Shown: positions 1-9,242 of the stretch, piece by piece
Numbering within the stretch: the first letter of the stretch is position 1
Layout: each line of letters begins with the position of its first letter
Source: an uncultured Candidatus Saccharibacteria bacterium
GTDB taxonomy: Bacteria; Patescibacteriota; Minisyncoccia; Phycocordibacterales; Phycocordibacteraceae
Assembly: GCA_964371445.1 (NCBI GenBank)
Contig: CAYJLK010000003.1
Span: 1,108-65,107, forward strand
DNA length: 64,000 bases
Direction of reading: 5' to 3'
The notes under the pieces: model-generated
Told to the model about the DNA's origin: nothing
The model's input: only the letters and a program-made list of their open reading frames with translations
The model's database searches: none
Position numbers and translations under genes: made by a program

Positions 1-1599
1 GCTGCTATCGGCTTGTTAAGTGATGCCGGAGATATACGCATCGGTGGTACCGGCGGTTCCTGCACCCTCACTGGTGCGGCAAGTGGCGGCACCTGCTTCT
101 CCGACCAGGCGCTCAAGAGCGTGCAGGGTGACATAACTGGTGTCTTAAACGGCATCTCTTCTATCCAACTCAAAACCTTCTACTGGAATGACCTTGCGCA
201 TCAGACGACCAATGCCTCCACGACCATCTTGAACCGTGGGTTCATTGCGCAGGATGTTGAAAATGTATTCCCTGAACTTGTACGTACTGATGAGAATGGA
301 TATAAGACACTTGATTACGGCTCGCTCGGCCTTTATGCCATTGAGGGGATTAGAGAGCTCGACTCCCGCACCCGCTTCATCGAGAACGCCACCACATCCA
401 CGGTTCTCTCCGTGGATGTCGCAGGGCGCATCGGCATCGGCACCTCGACCCCCAACCACACGCTCGAGGTCGCAGGCGAGATAGGCGCCATCGCCTTCAT
501 CAACACCTCCACAAAGGAGCTCAAGACCGACATCAACTACGCCTCCGCGAGCTCCACGAGCGACATGCTGACCCAGCTCAAGAACCTCAAGGTCGCCACC
601 TACCGCTACAAGATAGAGAGCCAACAGGACCCACTGCGCATCGGCCTCATCGCCGAAGACACCCAGCAAGTCGCCCCCGAGATCCTCTCTATCGACGGCA
701 AGGGCATCGACCTCTACAAGCTCGCCACCTTCACCCTCGCCGGTGTGCAGGCCCTCGCTGACAAGGTGAATGCCCAGGAGACACGCATCACCTCGCTTGA
801 AGAGCGGCTTGCGGCCCTTGAGAGCGGGGCTATCTCTACCGCGACGAGCTCGATGCTCTCGCTCTCGACCAGCTCGCTCGCGAGCGCGATTGAGAGCATC
901 GGGAGTGTGCTCCGCATCGGCAAGCTCGTGAGCGACACCTTCTATGCGGCACAGGGCTGGTTCGACAACCTCACGGCAGGGAACGCGACTGTCGGTACGC
1001 CGACCGCGCCGGCAGGCGTCACGCTCTATGACCAGGTGACGAAGCAGCCGTACTGCTTCTCGATCGCGAACGGCGCGCCGACCACGACGCCGGGCATCTG
1101 CGCCGAATCTACCGAAGACATGAATCCGTTTACCGCATCGACAACCCCCTCGACAGCAGCAACCTCCACGCCCACCATCTCAATCACGGAGGCGCTCACC
1201 GTCACGTTGCTCGGCGACAATCCGCTCCGCCTCCCGGTCGGGGGCACCTTCGTCGAGCCGGGTATCGCGGTGACAAACGGCGCCTCGTACATCACCTTCG
1301 TTGACGGTATCGAACAGCCGGCTGATTCGTCTACGATAACCACGTCGAGCGAGACGACCCACATCATCACCTACCGGGCGATGGACGCGGCGGGGAACAC
1401 CGCGACCGTGACGCGCTCGGTTATCGTCGAGAACGCCGACAGCACAATCTCAATTTCTCCGGACACCACTATGCCGGTAGCCGATACCGCCTCTTCGACC
1501 GACATGACAGCAACAACGACACCGATAACGATAACTGAAATCACGACCGATACAGCAACAACGACAGCAACAACGACAGCAACAACAACTCCGCAATAA
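1..1599 (+). CDS. Large surface/tail-fibre-like protein, 5'-truncated at window edge: two tandem peptidase-S74-like intramolecular-chaperone domains, Ig-like (DUF5011-like) domain, Thr-rich C-terminal repeat
   Basis: The frame of ORF 13..1599 stays open back to nt 1 (the start at 13 is TTG). Motifs GFIAQDVENVFPELV...DYGSLGLYAIEGIRELD and IGLIAEDTQQVAPEIL...DLYKLATFTLAGVQAL are present, with a 12-nt x3 TATTTATTTATTT-encoding repeat at the 3' end. Confidence 0.6.
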   Translation, partial: AAIGLLSDAGDIRIGGTGGSCTLTGAASGGTCFSDQALKSVQGDITGVLNGISSIQLKTFYWNDLAHQTTNASTTILNRGFIAQDVENVFPELVRTDENGYKTLDYGSLGLYAIEGIRELDSRTRFIENATTSTVLSVDVAGRIGIGTSTPNHTLEVAGEIGAIAFINTSTKELKTDINYASASSTSDMLTQLKNLKVATYRYKIESQQDPLRIGLIAEDTQQVAPEILSIDGKGIDLYKLATFTLAGVQALADKVNAQETRITSLEERLAALESGAISTATSSMLSLSTSSLASAIESIGSVLRIGKLVSDTFYAAQGWFDNLTAGNATVGTPTAPAGVTLYDQVTKQPYCFSIANGAPTTTPGICAESTEDMNPFTASTTPSTAATSTPTISITEALTVTLLGDNPLRLPVGGTFVEPGIAVTNGASYITFVDGIEQPADSSTITTSSETTHIITYRAMDAAGNTATVTRSVIVENADSTISISPDTTMPVADTASSTDMTATTTPITITEITTDTATTTATTTATTTPQ

Positions 1600-1615
1600 T
1601 TATCAGAATTGAAAA

Positions 1616-2242
1616 TTATTGGACCTTGCGATTCGTGAGCGCGGCGCGGAGGGTCTCGGCGTCGGAGTATTCGAGTTCACTGCCGGTCGCGAGACCGCGA
1701 CCGAGACTCGAGAGTTTCAAATGGTCTCGATAGGGCTGGAGGAGTTCGCGCACACGATCGGCGGTGTGTTCTCCCTCGCTCGTCGCTGAGAGGGCGAGCA
1801 CCACTTCGCGTAATGTGATGGACACGGAGTGTCCATCAGAAAGACGTTTCTCGACAGTGCGTACGAGTTCTTTCTCACGTATCGCACCTTTGCCGGTGAG
1901 GGTGAGGACGCCGCCGAGGACGAAGTAGCGCCCCTTATAGGTGCCGGCGCGCTCAAGGGCGGCGAGGTCCTGGTCTTTTTCAACAACGAGGAGCTGAGTG
2001 TCGTCGCGTCGGGTATCAGAACAATAATTACAGACGAGTGTTGTCGTACCACCCGGATTGTAGAAGCGCATGCAGTCGGGACACTGGCGGACATCCTTAC
2101 CTAAAGAGACGATAAGCTCAGCGAGCTTCGTGCGCTCGCTCGCGGGAGCAGCGAGCAGGTAGTAGACAAAACGCTTCCCCTGGCGCGGACCGATACCGGG
2201 GAAGCGAGCAAGCGCCGTGGCGAGTTCGTCGATTCTGTCCAT
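1616..2242 (-). CDS. recR: Recombination protein RecR
   Basis: C4 zinc finger CPDCMRF...CNYC followed by a Toprim region; typical length. Confidence 0.9.
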   Translation of the reverse strand: MDRIDELATALARFPGIGPRQGKRFVYYLLAAPASERTKLAELIVSLGKDVRQCPDCMRFYNPGGTTTLVCNYCSDTRRDDTQLLVVEKDQDLAALERAGTYKGRYFVLGGVLTLTGKGAIREKELVRTVEKRLSDGHSVSITLREVVLALSATSEGEHTADRVRELLQPYRDHLKLSSLGRGLATGSELEYSDAETLRAALTNRKVQ

Positions 2243-2244
2243 TT

Positions 2245-3600
2245 TTAAAACTCTGCAGCGAGCTCACCGTAGCCCTTGGTGTCGACCGGCTGGAAGGTGG
2301 CGCGCTTCTCGTCGAAGTAGAGCTCGGTCTTGCCGGTCGGACCGTTGCGGTGCTTCTCGATGAGTATCTCGGCAATGCCGGGACGGTCGCTCTCTTTGTT
2401 TGTTTTGTCATCGCGATGAATGAACATCACGACGTCGGCGTCTTGTTCGATAGAACCTGAATCGCGCAGGTCGCTCAAGCGCGGTTTGCCGCCTCTCTGC
2501 TCGACTGCGCGCGAGAGTTGAGAAAGCGCGATGACCGGTACTTCGAGTTCACGTGCGAGCGACTTGAGTGAACGGGATATTTCAGTAATCTGCTGGACCA
2601 TAGAATCAGAAGCCTTGGTCGAGGTCGGCGCCATGAGTTGGAGGTAATCCACCACGATGAGCCCGATGCCGCGTTCGCGCTTCAGCCGGCGAGCGACCGC
2701 GCGCATCGCGAGAATGTTGTTTCCCGGTTTGTCGTCGATGAAGATAGGCGCTTTAGAAAGTGTCTCGAGCGCGTCGCGGATGCGATTGAAATCCTCTTCC
2801 TCTTTCACCTGTCCCGTACGCAGTTTCCACGAGTTGACGAACGATTCAGCCGAGAGCATGCGGTCGATAAGCTGTTCAGAGCTCATTTCAAGGGAGAAGA
2901 TACCGACCGGGACGTTGTGGCGCACGGCGGCGTTTCGGGCGATGTCGAGTGCGAGCGACGTCTTACCGACCGAGGGGCGCGCGGCGAGAATGATGAGGTC
3001 GGATGGGTGGAATCCCGACAACAGATTGTCGAGCGCGGGGAAGCCGGACGGGACGCCGCGGATGCCGCCCTCCTTATGCGAGAGCGCTTCGATGCGCTCC
3101 CACGCCGCGTGTATCTTGTCGCCGATGGCGGTGAACTTGTGCGCGGCAGAGGCATTGCCGATGGCGTAGATGCTCTTCTCGGCTTCATCGAGGACTTCCA
3201 TCGTTTCGCGCGCCTCATCGTATGCGGATTCGCTGATGCCGTATGCTGCGTCGATAAGAGAGCGCATCAGGAACTTGCGCGAGACGAGTTCGGCATAATG
3301 CGAGAAGTTGCCGGGCGCTGGTGCCGAGCCGGCGAGTTCGGCGAGATAGGACCTGCCGCCGCCGCGCTCGAGCAATCCCTGGTCAGAGAGTCGCGCGGAG
3401 AGCGATAACTGATCAATCGGTTCACCACGGTCAGCGAGCTCGCGCATCGCGTTGAATATGATGCGATGCTTCTCTGCGTAAAAAGAATCGGAGTGAATGA
3501 GATCCGAGACGTCGTGGATGGCGTCGGGCTTCAGGAGCAGAGCACCGAGCAGGGCGCGTTCGGATTCGAGAGATTGAGGAGGAACGCGGTCGGTAGCCAT
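2245..3600 (-). CDS. dnaB: Replicative DNA helicase DnaB
   Basis: N-terminal DnaB domain (SLESERALLGALLL) and Walker A GxxGxGKT (ARPSVGKTSLALDIA), RecA-like C-terminus. The ATG at 3600 (MATDR) is preferred over the upstream ATG at 3639. Confidence 0.9.
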   Translation of the reverse strand: MATDRVPPQSLESERALLGALLLKPDAIHDVSDLIHSDSFYAEKHRIIFNAMRELADRGEPIDQLSLSARLSDQGLLERGGGRSYLAELAGSAPAPGNFSHYAELVSRKFLMRSLIDAAYGISESAYDEARETMEVLDEAEKSIYAIGNASAAHKFTAIGDKIHAAWERIEALSHKEGGIRGVPSGFPALDNLLSGFHPSDLIILAARPSVGKTSLALDIARNAAVRHNVPVGIFSLEMSSEQLIDRMLSAESFVNSWKLRTGQVKEEEDFNRIRDALETLSKAPIFIDDKPGNNILAMRAVARRLKRERGIGLIVVDYLQLMAPTSTKASDSMVQQITEISRSLKSLARELEVPVIALSQLSRAVEQRGGKPRLSDLRDSGSIEQDADVVMFIHRDDKTNKESDRPGIAEILIEKHRNGPTGKTELYFDEKRATFQPVDTKGYGELAAEF

Positions 3601-3745
3601 TGCGCCCAATTGTATCAAACCCGACACACAAAGCGACATTGCAATAGTAATTGCTTTTTATTGCTATTGTTCTCTAGAAACACAACCTGAAGTTTCCAAA
3701 ATATCCTTTATCTACTGCACGATTATGTCGCTCTTGTGTGTCGGG

Positions 3746-5209
3746 TCAAAGAGTCAGCCGAATCAACACCGGTCCGTCCGGCCCGTCATCCACACGATAT
3801 CCACTGCGTTCGATAGTGGCTCGAATACGGTCAGCTTCTTTAAAATCCTTGGAAACACGGGCTACTTCGCGACGGGAGAGCATCTCGCGTATTTCTTCTG
3901 GAATGTCCACCTCCAGAATCACGTCGTTGTCGTGCGGAACGGTAATCGAAAGACCGAGATGTTTTTCGGCGTCTTCAAGAAGACCCCATTTCTCCTCCGG
4001 CGTGTAATCCTCGCTCTTGAGCGAATCCCACAGGATGCCGATCGCCTGCGACGTCGCGAGATCGTCGCGAATGGCCGCGAGGAATCGTTCCCGCGCTTCA
4101 GAGGGCGCGCTCGCATGCTTCGATTCTTCACCGATTTCTCTTCCGAGTCTCCAGAGCCGTTCGAGCGCGCTCGCGGCGCCCGCAAGCGCATCCCACGAGA
4201 AGGAAAGGGGAGTGCGGTAGTGCGCCTGGAGGAAGAAGTAGCGGAGCGCAAGCGGATGGAATCCTTTTTCGACGACGTCGGAGAGATAGACGACGTTTCC
4301 GAGCGATTTTGAGACTTTCTCTCCGCTCATAGTAAGGAAAGCGTTATGCATCCAGTAATGCACGAATGTTCGACCGCTCGCCGCTTCCGACTGGGCGATC
4401 TCATTGTTGTGGTGAATGGTGACGTGCTCTTCGCCGCCGGTGTGGATGTCGATTTCTTGCCCGAGAAGCGACCGGCTCATCGCCGAGCACTCGATGTGCC
4501 AGCCCGGATTGCCGCGACCCCACGGACTGTCCCACTGCTGTAGGTCGTCCGGCTCCGCAGCTCTCCAGAGGACGAAGTCTGCAGGGTGCCGCTTGCCCTT
4601 CACAACGTCGACACGCGCACCGGCCTCGAGGCTCACGCCGGAGAGCCCTCCGAGCTTCCCGTAACTCGGGAATTTCTGCGTATCGAAATAGAGGCCGTCT
4701 GGGAGGCGGTAGGCAAACCCTTTTTCTTCCAGTGTCCGTGCGAGCGCTATCTGCTCTTTAATATAGTCGGTCGCGCGCGGGAAGACGATGTCGTCGGTAT
4801 CGACATTTAGGTCGTTCAGGTCGTCGATGAAAAATTTCGTATACCGGAGCGCAATCTGTTCGGGAGTCGTGTGTTCACGCTCCGCGCCGACGGCCATCTT
4901 ATCTTCACCGCGATCGCCGTCACCGACGAGGTGGCCGACATCCGTGATATTGATGACGCGCCGCACGCGGTACCCGGCGGCGGCGAGGACGCGCGCGAGC
5001 GTATCTGAAAAAATGAATGCGCGCAGATTGCCGATATGAGCGCGATCATAGACGGTCGGTCCGCACGAATACAAGGAGACGATGCCGGGTCGCTGTGCTA
5101 TGAAGAGCTCTTTTGAGCCCGACAGCGTGTTGGTGAGGAAGACTTGCGCGATCCCCGTTTCTTTTGCCGTGCCCGCTCCTCTGCCGAATAGCCGTTGCCA
5201 GATGCTCAT
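3746..5209 (-). CDS. cysS: Cysteinyl-tRNA synthetase
   Basis: Class I aaRS: CGPTVYDRAHIGNLR (HIGH-like) and KVSKSLGN (KMSKS-type); N-terminus aligns with CysRS. The stop lies 4 nt from the corA start. Confidence 0.9.
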   Translation of the reverse strand: MSIWQRLFGRGAGTAKETGIAQVFLTNTLSGSKELFIAQRPGIVSLYSCGPTVYDRAHIGNLRAFIFSDTLARVLAAAGYRVRRVINITDVGHLVGDGDRGEDKMAVGAEREHTTPEQIALRYTKFFIDDLNDLNVDTDDIVFPRATDYIKEQIALARTLEEKGFAYRLPDGLYFDTQKFPSYGKLGGLSGVSLEAGARVDVVKGKRHPADFVLWRAAEPDDLQQWDSPWGRGNPGWHIECSAMSRSLLGQEIDIHTGGEEHVTIHHNNEIAQSEAASGRTFVHYWMHNAFLTMSGEKVSKSLGNVVYLSDVVEKGFHPLALRYFFLQAHYRTPLSFSWDALAGAASALERLWRLGREIGEESKHASAPSEARERFLAAIRDDLATSQAIGILWDSLKSEDYTPEEKWGLLEDAEKHLGLSITVPHDNDVILEVDIPEEIREMLSRREVARVSKDFKEADRIRATIERSGYRVDDGPDGPVLIRLTL

Positions 5210-5212
5210 ACT

Positions 5213-6160
5213 TCAGATCCAGCGCTTGCGGGCGACAAAGAGAGTGAGGAAGGTGCCGACGGTGAACATAATTCCCAGAATAATCCAAAAACCATTTGGG
5301 TCGTTTACAAACGGCATATATGCCGCCTTCATCGCAAATATCTTGGCGATAAGAGCGAGCGGCAAGAAAATAAAGCTGACAACGGTAAGTATCTTGATAA
5401 CCTCGTTCTGACGCGCAGAGAGAAGCGCGTTATTGGTCTCGCGCAATTCGCCTGCGATGGCGCGGTGCGTCCCGACGAGCCGCATGACCTGCGCGCGTTC
5501 GGCGAGGATGCGCCCGGAGCGTTCGGCGAACGAAGGACCGAAGAAGCCGCGCCCAGCAAGTACCTTCATGAAATTCTCAAGCGTTTCTTCTTGATCTGCG
5601 AGCGCCGCTTCAAGGTGGAGGAACTCGCGGCTGATATTGGATATCGAGCGGATCGTCAGACGCTCTTGACCGTCGAACATCTCGCGCTCGACGTGCGAGA
5701 GATTGCTCGCGAGGTGGTTCGCGTGGTCGCGCGTAGACGCATAGAGATGCGCGAAGAGTATTTCAAGCAGGACATCGGTGGCGATCCCGTTGTGCTCGCC
5801 GACGAGCTTCTGCGTCTCGAGTATCTTCTTCAGATGATGAAGCGGCACGATAACGTCATACCGCACCGTGATGATGAACCCGTCGCCGACGACGAGATCC
5901 ACCTCTTGGTTCTTCGTCTCGCTGCCGTCTTCTTGAGGCGAAGGGAAATGGAGCACGAGAAGCGCCCGCAGGTCGTCCTGCACGACAAGCGGCGCCGGGG
6001 TAGGGAAGACCAGTTCGGTCTTGATGCGTTCGCGTATTGAAAATTCGCCCGCGATCTGTTGGATCTCGTCGACGCTCGGTCGTTCGAGGTCTACCCACAC
6101 GCCGCCCGGGTACTCATACCGGAATATCATGCATCTAGAATAGCACAGCGTATTTAGCAT
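5213..6160 (-). CDS. corA: CorA-family divalent cation transporter-like protein, with a variant pore motif
   Basis: CorA architecture with two C-terminal TM helices and an ...IAKIFAMKAAYMPF motif where canonical CorA has YGMNFxxMPEL (GMN replaced by AMK). An alternative start lies at 6130. Confidence 0.7.
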   Translation of the reverse strand: MLNTLCYSRCMIFRYEYPGGVWVDLERPSVDEIQQIAGEFSIRERIKTELVFPTPAPLVVQDDLRALLVLHFPSPQEDGSETKNQEVDLVVGDGFIITVRYDVIVPLHHLKKILETQKLVGEHNGIATDVLLEILFAHLYASTRDHANHLASNLSHVEREMFDGQERLTIRSISNISREFLHLEAALADQEETLENFMKVLAGRGFFGPSFAERSGRILAERAQVMRLVGTHRAIAGELRETNNALLSARQNEVIKILTVVSFIFLPLALIAKIFAMKAAYMPFVNDPNGFWIILGIMFTVGTFLTLFVARKRWI

Positions 6161-6177
6161 GTGCTACACTTTGCAAA

Positions 6178-7422
6178 ATGGAATTTGCGCATCGGACACA
6201 GAGCGTCGTTACTCGCGGGATTTCGTATGCGCTTGTTGCCGCGCTCGCATTTGGCGTCGGACTCTCTTTCGGCACGAACGGCTCCGCGAGCGGCGTCATT
6301 GACCGCATTCCGCTCCTCGGCGACGGTCTCGACGCGACGCCGGATCAGAGCGCCGATCTCGCCGCTTTCTGGAAGGCATGGAACGCGCTGTCGGCAAACT
6401 ACGTCATCACGCATGCTTCTTCCACGCTTCCTACTGCGAAGGAACGCCTCCATGGCGCGATAGGCGGTCTCGCATCTTCCTATGGCGACCCATATACCGT
6501 CTTCTTCCCGCCCGAGGAGGCAAAAGCGTTTGCCGAAAGCATCTCGGGGAGCTTCGCCGGCGTCGGCATGGAAATCGACGTCAAGGACGGCATCCTGACC
6601 GTTATCGCTCCTCTGAAGGGTACGCCCGCGGAGGCGGCGGGCATCAAGGCGGGCGACCTTATCGCCGCTATCGACGGTAAATCGACGGAGGGTCTGTCGA
6701 CTGAAAAGGCAGTAAGCCAGATCCGCGGACCGATTGGGACGACCGTGAGCTTCACCCTCATTCGCGACGGCAGATCGCTTGATATCAAGGTGGTTCGCGA
6801 CACGATCCAAGTGCCCGAGACAGAAGACGGCATCGATGAAGCAAGCGGCGTCTACCATATCGCGCTCTATGAGTTCACTTCGAACTCGGCAGATCTCTTC
6901 GACCAGGCATTCCAGCGATTCAAGAATTCGGGCTCGACAAAGCTCGTCATCGATCTGCGTGGAAACCCTGGAGGCTATCTCGATTCGGCGGTTGATATCG
7001 CAAGCCACTTCCTCCCGGAGGGCGCGACCGTCGTGACGGAGGATTTCGGCGGGAAGGAAAAGAATCAGGTGCACACCAGTCTTGGATATCTCGATATGCC
7101 GGCAGGAGGCGCGATCGCCGTGCTTATCGACGGCGGTTCCGCTTCCGCTTCTGAGATTCTTGCCGGCGCCCTGCAGGACGCCAAAGCCGCGACCGTCATC
7201 GGCGCGCGTTCCTTCGGGAAGGGATCGGTGCAGACGCTGATCGATCTCGACGGCGGGTCGCTGAAGATTACTGTCGCTCGGTGGGTCACGCCCGACGGGC
7301 ATTGGATTATGGGCAACGGCGTCACGCCGGATATCGCCGTAGCATATACGCGCGCCGACGCCGAGGCGAAGAGGGATCCCCAGATGGCCCGCGCGATACA
7401 ATTCCTCACTACCGGGAAATAA
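6178..7422 (+). CDS. ctpA: Carboxyl-terminal processing protease (peptidase S41) with PDZ domain
   Basis: PDZ region (GVGMEIDVKDGILTVIAPLKGTPAEAAGIKAGDLI), S41 catalytic motifs GGSASASE and RSFGKGSVQ, N-terminal TM anchor. Confidence 0.85.
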   Translation: MEFAHRTQSVVTRGISYALVAALAFGVGLSFGTNGSASGVIDRIPLLGDGLDATPDQSADLAAFWKAWNALSANYVITHASSTLPTAKERLHGAIGGLASSYGDPYTVFFPPEEAKAFAESISGSFAGVGMEIDVKDGILTVIAPLKGTPAEAAGIKAGDLIAAIDGKSTEGLSTEKAVSQIRGPIGTTVSFTLIRDGRSLDIKVVRDTIQVPETEDGIDEASGVYHIALYEFTSNSADLFDQAFQRFKNSGSTKLVIDLRGNPGGYLDSAVDIASHFLPEGATVVTEDFGGKEKNQVHTSLGYLDMPAGGAIAVLIDGGSASASEILAGALQDAKAATVIGARSFGKGSVQTLIDLDGGSLKITVARWVTPDGHWIMGNGVTPDIAVAYTRADAEAKRDPQMARAIQFLTTGK

Positions 7423-7454
7423 AGGGCGGGTTCTTTGCTGATATACTTTTAAAA

Positions 7455-8021
7455 ATGAATACTACGCCGAACCGAGCCAAAGGCTTCTTGTTGCACGATA
7501 TATTGATTATCGTCGTGAGCGTCAGCATCGCCGCCACCCTCATACGAACGGGATTTCTCGCGGCGATACTGGCGTCGACGCAAGGATTTCAATTCATCGG
7601 GAGCTTCATCGCGGGGTTATTTTTCACTTCAGTCTTTACGACGGCGCCCGCCATAGTCACGTTCGGCGAGATCGCTCGCGTGAGTGCGATACTGCCGATG
7701 GCCCTCTTTGGAGCGATGGGAGCCGTCGTGGGCGACCTAATTATTTTCCGATTTATCCGGGACAAGTTCTCCGAACATCTGCTCGAGCTGGTACAGCACC
7801 GGCATATAGGGAAGAGGGTGCATACGCTTTTCAAGCTGAGACTCTTCCGCTGGTTGTCGCTCTTCGTGGGAGGTTTGATCATCGCTTCGCCGCTCCCCGA
7901 CGAGCTTGGAATCAGCCTGTTCGGCTTTTCAAAACTGAAGACGTCATGGTTCATTCCGCTTTCATTCACCTTTAACTTCATAGGAATCGTTCTGATAGGT
8001 CTCGTCGCGCGGGCGGTCTGA
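7455..8021 (+). CDS. Hypothetical polytopic membrane protein
   Basis: ATG at 7455 (MNTTPN) lies downstream of the ctpA stop; 5-6 predicted hydrophobic helices; no recognisable catalytic motif. Confidence 0.5.
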   Translation: MNTTPNRAKGFLLHDILIIVVSVSIAATLIRTGFLAAILASTQGFQFIGSFIAGLFFTSVFTTAPAIVTFGEIARVSAILPMALFGAMGAVVGDLIIFRFIRDKFSEHLLELVQHRHIGKRVHTLFKLRLFRWLSLFVGGLIIASPLPDELGISLFGFSKLKTSWFIPLSFTFNFIGIVLIGLVARAV

Positions 8022-8066
8022 GGAATAGTTGCTAAATATAGGAAAGGCAGTTACTCTGGGCGCTAT

Positions 8067-8510
8067 ATGAAAGTAATTTTGACCAAGGATGTGAAGGGCG
8101 TGGGGCGTGCGCATGACACGCTTGTCCTTGCGGACGGGTATGCGCTCAATTTCCTCATTCCGAAGAAGCTGGCGATTGCGGCGACGCCCGTCGCGATACA
8201 GGAGGCGGGATTGCGCCAGAAACAGACGGCCGAGCGTTCAGCGCTCGACACCGCGCTTATCGCGCAAAATATCGCCTCCCTCGCCACTGCACGCATCGTG
8301 CTCAAGGCAAAAGCGAATGAAAAAGGGCATCTCTATGATGCGATCGGGGAGCTGGAGATACTCACCGCATGCAAGGAACAGGCGCACATCGACCTTCCCA
8401 AGGGCGCGATCAGGCTCGGAAAGCCCATCAAGGAACTCGGTACATTTGATATCCCGGTCGCCTCCGGCGAAGTATTCGGGAAGTTTCCCATTACTATTGA
8501 AGCCGAATAG
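8067..8510 (+). CDS. rplI: 50S ribosomal protein L9
   Basis: MKVILTKDVKGVG...YALNFLIPKKLA conserved L9 N-terminus. Confidence 0.9.
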   Translation: MKVILTKDVKGVGRAHDTLVLADGYALNFLIPKKLAIAATPVAIQEAGLRQKQTAERSALDTALIAQNIASLATARIVLKAKANEKGHLYDAIGELEILTACKEQAHIDLPKGAIRLGKPIKELGTFDIPVASGEVFGKFPITIEAE

Positions 8511-8514
8511 TTAT

Positions 8515-8551
8515 TAAAAAAAGCGCCGCCCCGATGGGCGGCGCTTTTTTC
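8515..8551. terminator. Bidirectional rho-independent terminator between convergent rplI and rpmA
   Basis: An A-tract, then GCGCCGCC-CCGATG-GGCGGCGC hairpin, then a TTTTTTC run. Confidence 0.7.
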
Positions 8552-8557
8552 TGTTGA

Positions 8558-8830
8558 TTAGATGACGTCGGCGACTTTCTTCTGCATCACGCGGCCCGTG
8601 AAGCTTACCTTGCGGCGGGTGCGGAAAGCGACCTTGCCTGTGGCGATGGAGAAAAGCGTGTGGTCGCGACCGACACGGACATTTTTTCCCGCTTCGATCT
8701 TCGTTCCGCGCTGGCGGACGATGACCATGCCCGGACGAGCCGCTGCACCGTCGGCAAGCTTCACTCCGAGATATTTCGGATTTGAAGTATTAAGGTTTTT
8801 TGCCGAACCTCCGGCTTTCGTTGATGCCAT
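8558..8830 (-). CDS. rpmA: 50S ribosomal protein L27
   Basis: MASTKAGGSAKNLNTSNPKYLGVK...GRDHTLF signature. Confidence 0.95.
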   Translation of the reverse strand: MASTKAGGSAKNLNTSNPKYLGVKLADGAAARPGMVIVRQRGTKIEAGKNVRVGRDHTLFSIATGKVAFRTRRKVSFTGRVMQKKVADVI

Positions 8831-8858
8831 AGACGAATATTTAGTATAGTGTTACCCG

Positions 8859-9224
8859 ATGACTATAGCAGAGGCGCGGGAAAAATGCAAAGGATTGCTC
8901 GCTAGAATACCCCGGGATGTGCTTGTTATCGGCATCCTCGTTCTCTCTTCTTCGGCGAGCTTCGGTCTCGGATTTCTCGCGGGGCAGGGAAGCGGATCGG
9001 GAGGCGCCGCTCCCTCCTCTACAGAGCCCTCTGTCACCTCCCTGCCTGAGGCGGCACCGGACGCGGCAGGACAGGTCGTCGCATCGAAGAACGGGACGAA
9101 ATATTATCTGCCGGAATGTGCGGGAGCAGACCGCATTGCTCCGGCAAATAAGGTATGGTTTGCGTCTCCCGCCGCCGCACTCGCGGCCGGTTATGCGCCG
9201 GCAGTGAATTGCAAAGGTCTCTAG
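8859..9224 (+). CDS. Small membrane-anchored protein with C-terminal Ada-N-like metal-binding domain
   Basis: N-terminal TM helix, Gly/Ser/Pro-rich linker, C-terminal YYLPECAGADRIAPANKVWFASPAAALAAGYAPAVNC resembling the Ada N-terminal Zn-binding fold. Confidence 0.45.
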   Translation: MTIAEAREKCKGLLARIPRDVLVIGILVLSSSASFGLGFLAGQGSGSGGAAPSSTEPSVTSLPEAAPDAAGQVVASKNGTKYYLPECAGADRIAPANKVWFASPAAALAAGYAPAVNCKGL

Positions 9225-9242
9225 TCTGATATCATAAAGCGA

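Noticed and set aside
6154-7401. 415-aa minus-strand ORF antisense to ctpA. Similar long antisense ORFs: 5195..6040 vs corA, 21998..23242 vs pepA/aspS, 30205..31503 and 31543..32424 vs dnaJ/dnaK, 38090..38992 vs rpsD/rpsK, 44955..46031 vs pepO, 40146..40997, 17110..17778.
   Set aside because: Typical stop-codon-poor antisense frames of high-GC DNA. Arg/Ala/Pro-rich low-complexity translations with no motifs; each overlaps a confidently assigned gene on the other strand.
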